DNA of 36,204 nt from a bacterium (GTDB lineage Bacteria > SZUA-182 > DTGQ01): positions 1-36,204 of the forward strand of contig JBFMGO010000055.1 in the NCBI GenBank assembly GCA_040752695.1. Reading direction: 5' to 3'. Every line of letters starts with the position of its first letter. The stretch's first letter is position 1. Below are positions 27,487 to 34,975 of the stretch, piece after piece. The position numbers were made by a program, and so were the translations under genes. The notes beneath the pieces were generated by a model. It saw only the letters and a program-made list of their open reading frames with translations, had not been told where the DNA came from and made no database searches.

Positions 27487-29919
27487 TCACTCAGCGGGAG
27501 AGTAAAGGGAAAAAGGCACGAATTCTTTCCTGGCCAGACTCTCGAATATCCAGAATTCCATCTCGCCGAGCAGGCGCTGATATTCGTCCGGGACCATGCT
27601 CGTGTTCCCTAAGGACTCGTCCCGGAAAAGATGAGATGCCCCAAAAACGGCAATCAACCCATCACCATAATTTTTCATGGACAGAGCTGCCTTTCCCTCC
27701 CGGTCGGTCAAGAGCGCTTTCCCCCCTCTGACCTGACAGGCATCCTGATCAAATTCTCCGAGAGCTGAGCGTGCCTCATCAAATATACCACCACTGACTT
27801 TATTTTGGAAGTCAATCGTCATGTCGAATTCGTTCAGGAGCTGATTTGAGGTTGACTGTCGGTTTTGGGGACTGTCCATAAGAAACACTCTTCCCCCGCT
27901 GGAGAGATAATTCTTTATTCCCGATATCTCCTCTGGACGGAAGTCCTTGACCGGATCAATCAGGACAATGCTTGTTCCCTGCCTCAGTGCTTCTTCAAGA
28001 GAGGGATTCAGGCAGGGAACATATCCCAGGCGCTGTGTCCAGACAAAAAAGGTGAGGAAACTCTTATCGGAAGCGTCAGCGAGGCGGCTGACCGGAAGAA
28101 AGAGCGAAGAATGCTCGGATTCCAGGGCAATCCGGAAAAAATCTTTCCTGGCTCTTGGATATGCATAGCTGTTGCGGTTCAGAAGGTGGCCGGTAAATAC
28201 TCCCAGAACCACGCCAAAAAGACCGAAGGTGAGCAAGGTGCCGAGAAAATCGGCTCTTGCCGGCCGCCAGCCCATAGAGAGGGAAAGCAAACACCCCATA
28301 GCTGCCAGAAAGAGGATGGGATTGATCATCCCGTACCGGTTTTTCCGGTTCAGCCATTCGATTGACCCCAGGAGCAGTTCAGGTTTTCCGGGAATAAAGA
28401 TAAAGAAGTTGGAAAAGCAGGTGCTGTCAGTGTAGGCTAAAACTCTTCCTTTCCGGTAGGGTATGGCTGCTGCCTGGACAAAGAGCCCGAATTCATAGTC
28501 CGGGTCCTCTTCGGGAATGGGGAAAAAATTTTTCTGACTGTAATCCAGGTAGTGATTTCGAAGGCCATAGCCGGTCATGACGGATGCCGCTTCCAAAGGT
28601 ATCTTGAGAGTACAGGAGGAGCCGAACAAAAAACAGGGAACATGCTGAACCACGGGATGAGGAAGAAGGCATGGCTTGCGATAGAGCGAAAGCTGATAGG
28701 TTGGCAGGTCATAGGTGACATCGTACCGGAAGCTGATGCCGAACCGCTCTGCCACCTTATTCAGGTAGGTGCTCATGCCAAAAACATTGGTATGGTCGCC
28801 GATGAGAAAAAGACCGCCCCCGCGAGCTACAAAATCCTGGATAGCCCTCACCTCCGAGCCCGTATATTCACGGGTGGGGGTTTTCAGAATCAGGATATCG
28901 GTCTCGGCCAGGATCTTGCGGGTCAGGAGCTGATGGTTTCTTTCCACCTGGGAATAGAAATAGGATAAATACTCGCTCAGGCAGTAAAAGTTGTAATCGG
29001 TTTTCCTGCCGAAAAGGCTGGTGTCAAATTTTTCATCCGTCCACTCCCAGTCGCTGTGCTTTTCATCGATAAGGATTCTGCCTGGCTTCTTAATCCCTGG
29101 ATCACAAAAACCCATGGCCAGAACCAAAAAGAAGGAGCAGAGAAAGAAAAGACTGCCAAACCGGAAAGACGTCCGGCTGAAAGCCGGGCGGACCGGGTGT
29201 GCCGGGCAAATCAAGTGAGATTGAGATAACGATGACGCGCTTTGCTCAGGCGACTGAGAAAAGGGCATGAATTCTGCCAGGAGAAGAAAAAAGGGCAGAT
29301 AACTCAAAGAGGTGATCAGGGATGACCAGAAGATGGCCTGATTGTTGATTTTAACACTGATTATAAGAAGAACGAGAAAGCGAAAAAAGCTGTATCCCAG
29401 GAGGATAAGGAGAAATTTCCCCATCCGGCCTTTTCCTTGGCCGGTTGCGAAAAGGAGCATCAATCCGCCTGACAGGGAGAGCAGGAAGGGGAAAAATCCC
29501 AGTCTCTCCAGGGTAACCGAAACCTTAAATACCTTGTCAACGGTCTGGACAAACAGTGCACCATCACTCAGGCTGACTCGAAGCCCTGCCGCCTTGAGCA
29601 GCGGGTAAACCAGCGGTTGAAGAAACGAAATCTGATGATACCGCGCTGCGAAAAAATACACAACCGGCAGGACCGCTGCCTGAATCAATAAGATGAGGCC
29701 GCACAGAAGGAGGGAATCATAAAGAGAGGATCGAAATGGGAATGATTTCGCCCGCCTCCCCCTCTCGGTGGCCCACACCTTGAGGCCGATGGCAAGCGCT
29801 ATCGCTCCTGCACCCCACACAGGGGCAGGCGGTACAAACACCGGCGTAAGGAACAGCCAACTGGAAGAGAGAAACCACAGAACCAGCCATATGCTATTCA
29901 TGAACCTATCCACCCTCAC
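27487..29919 (-). CDS. Multi-pass membrane protein with two DUF4350/class-I-GATase-like domains (paralog B)
   Basis: About 8 N-terminal TMs; ILIDEKHSDWE, FVARGGGLFLIGDHTN, GRVLAYTDST; 2 TMs; second domain YLSSGGRVFLMD, YGDGLIAVFG. Confidence 0.8.
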   Translation of the reverse strand: MRVDRFMNSIWLVLWFLSSSWLFLTPVFVPPAPVWGAGAIALAIGLKVWATERGRRAKSFPFRSSLYDSLLLCGLILLIQAAVLPVVYFFAARYHQISFLQPLVYPLLKAAGLRVSLSDGALFVQTVDKVFKVSVTLERLGFFPFLLSLSGGLMLLFATGQGKGRMGKFLLILLGYSFFRFLVLLIISVKINNQAIFWSSLITSLSYLPFFLLLAEFMPFSQSPEQSASSLSQSHLICPAHPVRPAFSRTSFRFGSLFFLCSFFLVLAMGFCDPGIKKPGRILIDEKHSDWEWTDEKFDTSLFGRKTDYNFYCLSEYLSYFYSQVERNHQLLTRKILAETDILILKTPTREYTGSEVRAIQDFVARGGGLFLIGDHTNVFGMSTYLNKVAERFGISFRYDVTYDLPTYQLSLYRKPCLLPHPVVQHVPCFLFGSSCTLKIPLEAASVMTGYGLRNHYLDYSQKNFFPIPEEDPDYEFGLFVQAAAIPYRKGRVLAYTDSTCFSNFFIFIPGKPELLLGSIEWLNRKNRYGMINPILFLAAMGCLLSLSMGWRPARADFLGTLLTFGLFGVVLGVFTGHLLNRNSYAYPRARKDFFRIALESEHSSLFLPVSRLADASDKSFLTFFVWTQRLGYVPCLNPSLEEALRQGTSIVLIDPVKDFRPEEISGIKNYLSSGGRVFLMDSPQNRQSTSNQLLNEFDMTIDFQNKVSGGIFDEARSALGEFDQDACQVRGGKALLTDREGKAALSMKNYGDGLIAVFGASHLFRDESLGNTSMVPDEYQRLLGEMEFWIFESLARKEFVPFSLYSPAE

Positions 29920-32479
29920 GAGATTTTTTCACTATGTCCCGAAGAAAGAAAATGTTGCCTTCACGATAAAAGTTGTTCATGTCTTCAAGGTTTTGATTGA
30001 GTAAAAAGCGGCTGTCCGATATGAGCAGTATGCCTCCTTGACCATGCTTTTGGAAAACTACCAGAGGATAACCGCCCTTTTGAAGGATAACCGTGCTCTT
30101 CCGGTCCTGCTCATCGACGTGAACCGGCCAGGCGTCCTGAAACTGAACTTCATACCCCCCGTATCTTTTTTTAACCGGACCCAGAGGGATGTTTTCCAGG
30201 GATAATCCAAGATCCCCAAGAAATGATGTGCTCGCTTCCCGGACTGCCCAGCCCGCAGACCACAGGATGATCCCCCCTTGATTCATGAACCTGTGGAGCT
30301 CCTCTTTCTCTTTCGGAGAAAAGCTCCTGGTTGGACTGATGAAAATCCATAATTTTGCTTGATTCAACAAGGCGGGATCAAGTTTTTTGGTAATATACGG
30401 GCTGTAGCGGTTTCGCATAAGGTTGTAGGCTAACCCGTCGAGAGAATTTTTTTGCCAGCCGGTTAAATCGAAGAATTCCCCGTGGGAATTATCGATATAG
30501 GCAATTTTTGTTTTTCCTCCCTCACGGGGCGGATAATCGGGCCTGTGGAAAAAACGGAGGGGAGTAAGGAGATATAAACCGGCAACCAGCCAGAAAGTGG
30601 CTGCAAACGGATGAGTACACCAGGCTAAGACCAGGCTGAGGAGAAAGAAAAACCAAAGGAGAGGCAGAAAAACATGCCAAGGGGGCCTGCTGTCCCGCAC
30701 CTTTTTGCCCTCTTCAGAGGTCAGCCATTGAAAGATGTCCTGAGCAAACCGCCGGTCATAGGGCAGCGATCCGTTTTGCAGGCTGGAGGTATCGCCAAAT
30801 ACTAAAATCTTCCCCTCTCCTAACCTGGCTTCAGCAGCCAGTACGACGTCTCCCAGCCATTCGGATTTTTGATACTCGAGATCGCCCAAAAAACCATCCC
30901 TGCCGTTTTCCCTGCGCCCTGCGTCCGAAAATGCCCTTTTCCCAACCAGAATCGGCCTGGCAGGAGGACAAACAGCTAAAGAGGCTCCTGTCCAGATCTG
31001 GATATCGTTCTCCGTGACCGCATGTTCTGTAATGGGGTGCGGCCGTATTTCCATGCAATCCTGCCATGAGGGGACAAGAGATCTGGCACTGTCGAATTGG
31101 AAGGAAATGGACACAGGCTTTAAAATGTCATTAAAAGGCTCACGGATAAAACCATAGCCTGTATGGTCTCCCATGATCAGCAGGCTTCCCCCTGCCCCGA
31201 TGAAGCGGTGAATCGCTTCAATGATTGGTCCATCAAACCGCTCCATAAGATTGATAATGACCAGACAATCGACCCCCTCGAGCTTTTCGCCGCTGATTTC
31301 CCTGCTTACCGAGACCCCATAGCCAAGAGAAGTGAGAAACCCCGGCAAATTACCGAACATGCCTCCGCTTTTGTCTCCATAGGAGCCAAACTCAGGACAA
31401 GACCAGTCCAGGTTGTCGTAGATCAGAACCGTCTTGCCGTAAGGAGGCTGAAGGTGAAGCACACTCCATCTGTCATGGGCAATCAAAAGGAACAGGATGA
31501 GCAAAATCAGGCCAGGCCACAACTGCAAGCCCCTCGCGGCAGCCCCTTTGCGTCCGTTATGATGCAGGACTGTATGGGGTGCGGTGCCTGCACAGGGTGT
31601 CCTTCTCCAAACAAGGTACAGCGGAATCAGGAACAGAAGAAACGCAAACCACTGAGTTTCAAATGGAGTGAGGAGAAAAGTGTCCTGATATATCCTGAGC
31701 TGGAGCCGGGAGAAGACAGCCTGATGCACAAGGAGATAAACGGCCTGGCTGATGAGAGCGAGCGGGAAAAAGATGAGCGAATCGGTCAGAGTCCGAATGG
31801 ATTTTTTTTCACCAGTCAGAGTTCGGGTGGATTTTTTTTCTCTCGTTATCTTATATAACGCCAGAGCAAAGAAGTAAAAGAAAAAAGGTATCAGGGTAAA
31901 GAATCCTGAAGCGTGGTGTCCGAAAGGCATGGGCCTTCTGAGCACGGCAGCGATAATGTTCATCAGCAATTGATTTACCTGCTTCACGGCGTACCACACA
32001 AGGGCGATATGGCTGTAGCCATAATCGAAAAGAGCAAGAAGGCCGGCAGCAGATATAAAAACGCTTATCTGTCCCTGCCCCTCTTCTCCCAGGGCAAGAG
32101 CCGCCAGACATCCAAGAGCACAGATGAGTCCTATGAATCCAAGTTCTTTTGAATTGAGAAAAAGCAGTATCCAGGCAAAACTGAGTGCGGCCAATATGGA
32201 GTCAGGCCAAAAGGACCTCTTCCTCAGCCGCCACCCTGTTCTGAGTAAGGAGGCAGTAAAGACCAGTCCGAGAAAGCAGGAAATGATCCTGGCAGCCGGA
32301 TTTCCCCAGAAGGAGAGCACATTGCCAAGATTGACATCAAGAAGAGCCAGGAAAACGGCTGCCCTGCCAAAGCCCCGGCGAGGAATGAGCAGATCGTGAT
32401 CACCGGAATCGTGATAATCGGATTCAAAAAAGGAGTTAAATAGTGCCATGGATTTGCGTAGCCACCGAATTATCTGCAT
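29906..32479 (-). CDS. Multi-pass membrane protein with two DUF4350/class-I-GATase-like domains (paralog A)
   Basis: About 9 N-terminal TMs; FIGAGGSLLIMGDHT, GEGKILVFGDTS; 2 TMs; IAYIDNSHGE, FMNQGG, HGQGGILLISDS; overlaps paralog B by 14 nt. Confidence 0.8.
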   Translation of the reverse strand: MQIIRWLRKSMALFNSFFESDYHDSGDHDLLIPRRGFGRAAVFLALLDVNLGNVLSFWGNPAARIISCFLGLVFTASLLRTGWRLRKRSFWPDSILAALSFAWILLFLNSKELGFIGLICALGCLAALALGEEGQGQISVFISAAGLLALFDYGYSHIALVWYAVKQVNQLLMNIIAAVLRRPMPFGHHASGFFTLIPFFFYFFALALYKITREKKSTRTLTGEKKSIRTLTDSLIFFPLALISQAVYLLVHQAVFSRLQLRIYQDTFLLTPFETQWFAFLLFLIPLYLVWRRTPCAGTAPHTVLHHNGRKGAAARGLQLWPGLILLILFLLIAHDRWSVLHLQPPYGKTVLIYDNLDWSCPEFGSYGDKSGGMFGNLPGFLTSLGYGVSVSREISGEKLEGVDCLVIINLMERFDGPIIEAIHRFIGAGGSLLIMGDHTGYGFIREPFNDILKPVSISFQFDSARSLVPSWQDCMEIRPHPITEHAVTENDIQIWTGASLAVCPPARPILVGKRAFSDAGRRENGRDGFLGDLEYQKSEWLGDVVLAAEARLGEGKILVFGDTSSLQNGSLPYDRRFAQDIFQWLTSEEGKKVRDSRPPWHVFLPLLWFFFLLSLVLAWCTHPFAATFWLVAGLYLLTPLRFFHRPDYPPREGGKTKIAYIDNSHGEFFDLTGWQKNSLDGLAYNLMRNRYSPYITKKLDPALLNQAKLWIFISPTRSFSPKEKEELHRFMNQGGIILWSAGWAVREASTSFLGDLGLSLENIPLGPVKKRYGGYEVQFQDAWPVHVDEQDRKSTVILQKGGYPLVVFQKHGQGGILLISDSRFLLNQNLEDMNNFYREGNIFFLRDIVKKSREGG
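31785..31840 (-). repeat. 2 x 30-bp in-frame duplication (EKKSTRTLT / EKKSIRTLT)
   Basis: gtcagagtccgaatggattttttttc at 31785 and gtcagagttcgggtggattttttttc at 31815. Confidence 0.85.
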
Positions 32480-32600
32480 TATCCGCCTTTTCGTATCTTC
32501 CCTGCTGAGGTGCTTATTTGTTGACCACTTTAAAAACCATACCGATATGCTCGAAGAACTCTCCGGCGGTTCTCAATTGTGTGTACTCCGGATGTTAAGA

Positions 32601-32710
32601 TCCCTCCCTCCCCCCCCGCCCCCCCTTTATAAAAGGGGGAGTGATCGGTGCTTTCGCAAAAAGGGGGGAGTGAGAGAGTGGAGTGACGATGCCCTCGGAA
32701 AAGGGGAGGG
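32601..32710. repeat. CCCCCTTT..AAAGGGGG palindromic REP-like element with repeated AAAAGGGG(G)AG arms
   Basis: ccccctttataaaaggggg at 32621-32639; aaaagggggagtga repeated near 32659; third arm near 32699. Confidence 0.55.
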
Positions 32711-32783
32711 CAGCGGCCCTTTCTGTTGTGTAGTTTTTCAGGAGATCTGTAGTTTGATCAAATGAAAACCGGTATGAGACTTT

Positions 32784-32823
32784 AAAAGTCCACCAGGTAC
32801 AAAACACCTGGTGAACTTTTTTT
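32784..32823. terminator. Intrinsic terminator downstream of the Cys-rich protein gene
   Basis: aaaagtccaccaggt-acaaaac-acctggtgaactttt, 15-bp stem with one G-U/mismatch and T-runs on both strands. Confidence 0.75.
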
Positions 32824-32900
32824 CATTGTCCTGTTTTGATAAAGGTTCCATTATCTTGAATCTTAGATGAAATGCCCTGGGATAAACGTCCCCCGGCATG

Positions 32901-33551
32901 TTAAAAGATACTGAAGATGAAAGGTTTTTCATTTGCTTTGGCCAAAAGACCAGGATCGTCGGCGTCGGCACAGGGGGAAGGGTGATTGTGGCAAAATCGT
33001 CCATTGCTGCAGGTAGAGCGTGTTCCGCAGGTGACACTGCAGGTGTTTCCCACCAGGGTAGGAAAACCATTGCACCTCACTCCTCTACAGGTAGAACCCC
33101 GCATGGTAGGATACTGATGACCTGCCTCTATGATATCTTTCACTTTTTCTTTCACTTCTTCAACCTCTTCTTTTACTTTATCTTTTACCTTATCCGGGAG
33201 TTTGCAATCCGGACCTTTATCGTTATCGATTTTTACTTTCAGTACCTTTATTTGGTCATGGCGTCCTATTGTCGTCCTCTTGACTTCTACATCAGGCAGA
33301 TCACGGTCATGGTCTTTATCATTATCAATATCTACTTCCAATATCTTGACTTGATCCCGGCGACCCAATGTCGTTCTTTTAATCTCTACGGTACCATTGT
33401 CAAACTCCTGCAAAGTCTCATGTAATGATTCAGCGAACAAAGGAGATGATTTATGATTTTTTGCCTGGGCAAGGCTCGTGCCACCGATGAGGATGAGGAT
33501 CAAAACTGCCGCAAAGGTAATCGCATGTTCATACGAATTCTGGAGTATCAT
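32901..33551 (-). CDS. Secreted protein: signal peptide, 2 x 33-aa repeat, charged linker, Thr-Cys-rich tail
   Basis: RBS AGGAG; AQA signal cleavage; repeats at 33389 and 33290 (99-bp period); 7 Cys in aa 147-194. Confidence 0.8.
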   Translation of the reverse strand: MILQNSYEHAITFAAVLILILIGGTSLAQAKNHKSSPLFAESLHETLQEFDNGTVEIKRTTLGRRDQVKILEVDIDNDKDHDRDLPDVEVKRTTIGRHDQIKVLKVKIDNDKGPDCKLPDKVKDKVKEEVEEVKEKVKDIIEAGHQYPTMRGSTCRGVRCNGFPTLVGNTCSVTCGTRSTCSNGRFCHNHPSPCADADDPGLLAKANEKPFIFSIF

Positions 33552-33739
33552 TGCAATTCTCCTGTCAGATTGTTGGAAGTTATGAAACCCTGCCTGAATA
33601 CTGTTGGCCTTGGTAAATATGGTATGTATCCTTATCCTTAGTGTCGAGTGTTTACACTTTGTGTTTAATCTTATCAGTGCAATTTCAGGGGTTAAATTAC
33701 AGTTTTTAGGGACATTTACTGCTTACATCTTTCTTTAAA

Positions 33740-33755
33740 AGCATAACTCATGCCT
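33740..33755 (-). promoter_or_regulatory. Putative sigma54 -24/-12 promoter (leftward)
   Basis: Minus strand AGGCATGAGTTATGCT, exact GG-N10-GC spacing. Confidence 0.55.
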
Positions 33756-34009
33756 GATTTCTCCGAACAGGGGAAATGTCCGGATTGAGCCTTCAATCTT
33801 CCTTCATTTCCTTATGTTATAACCAGGTCATATCCGCAAGTCCATCTAACCGGAAAAACCCGGGTTACAAAATCGTTTTTACCTGCTGCCTATTTTTGTA
33901 ATCTAGGTAACAAGGTGGTATCTGAATACCTGTTTTATTACTAATAATAAGTAAAAATAAATAAAAATAAGGCAAAATAATACTGTCATTTTGCATATAA
34001 TTACAGGCG

Positions 34010-34022
34010 AATCAGCAACTTA
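34010..34022 (+). promoter_or_regulatory. IHF-like binding site
   Basis: AATCAG-CAAC-TTA matches WATCARNNNNTTR, with A-tracts upstream. Confidence 0.45.
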
Positions 34023-34187
34023 TGTTTAATTCGGGGAAGATAACCGCGTATTTCAGGTGCGATGTACTGTAGCATTGAGGCATAGGCATGACCTATCCCG
34101 GAATAGAATCCTTGATCTCCCCCCTTCTTACGATTCAGTGTCCTTTCAGTTTTCTTTCCATGATTCCAGTATTCAGCTATTGGTTCT

Positions 34188-34229
34188 TATGAAAATAAAA
34201 TCATATAATATGAAATAAATTTCATATTA
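34188..34229. promoter_or_regulatory. Tandem palindromic operator/enhancer sites TATGA-N8-TCATA
   Basis: Copies at 34188-34205 and 34209-34226 (21-bp period); the second lies within a perfect 11-bp inverted repeat at 34206-34229. Confidence 0.6.
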
Positions 34230-34414
34230 ATCAAATATTAGGTTTTGTAATAACATATCTAATAACATGGATAATATAAAAAATAATAAGAGGAGTAAAA
34301 AGAGCTCTTTTTAGAAAAAATATATATACATTGATGTTAAATGTATAAAATATGAAGCATTATTAAATTTTGTACATCATAAGTATTAATAATAATAAAG
34401 AATAAATAGAAAAT

Positions 34415-34430
34415 TGGTATAATAATTGCT
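34415..34430 (+). promoter_or_regulatory. Putative sigma54 -24/-12 promoter (rightward)
   Basis: TGGTATAATAATTGCT, GG-N10-GC with TTGC. Confidence 0.65.
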
Positions 34431-34975
34431 TGCTAACCATACATGTTATATTCAATCAGAGAGAAGTTTCCATCCTTAAGTTAAGTGTTTGAGTTCATCC
34501 GGCAGGCTCACTCATTACAAAAACACATTTACAGCAACGGATACTCTTTGCCCATTCATCCTGGCTGAATCAGGCCATATGAGGAAGGTAATCATGGGGA
34601 GTAAGAAACAGCCCCGCTCAAAAGTCAAACGGCAAGCATTCAAAACAGGGAACTTTCAGCGTTGATTGCTCCCTGAAATGGCCTTTGATATCCATACCTT
34701 AGGTGCCCGGCTGAGTGCTGCAAACATTTTTATCAAGGAGAAAAAGCGATGCATTTTTATTTAAACAGAGGTCCATGAAGCCCATCTCATGATGGTGATC
34801 GCGTTAACTAATTGAAAAACAAGGGGCCATTTGCGGAACTTGCAGTTGAAAGGTGAGAAATCCGCTTCATCACTGAATGAGGATGGAGAACTACAGGTTC
34901 AAGATGTGGTTCCGGCCAAGCAAGGATTTGAAAAGGGAACTATTCAGCAAGGATATCTATGGAGGATCTCATATA

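Noticed and set aside
32738..33070. 110-aa minus-strand ORF overlapping the Cys-rich tail, as a frameshifted true C-terminus
   Set aside because: It runs through the terminator hairpin and has no recognisable pattern, whereas the Cys-rich frame has an internal repeat.
34480..34580. Possible riboswitch in the protease leader
   Set aside because: Only weak hairpins; I could not match a known aptamer consensus by eye.
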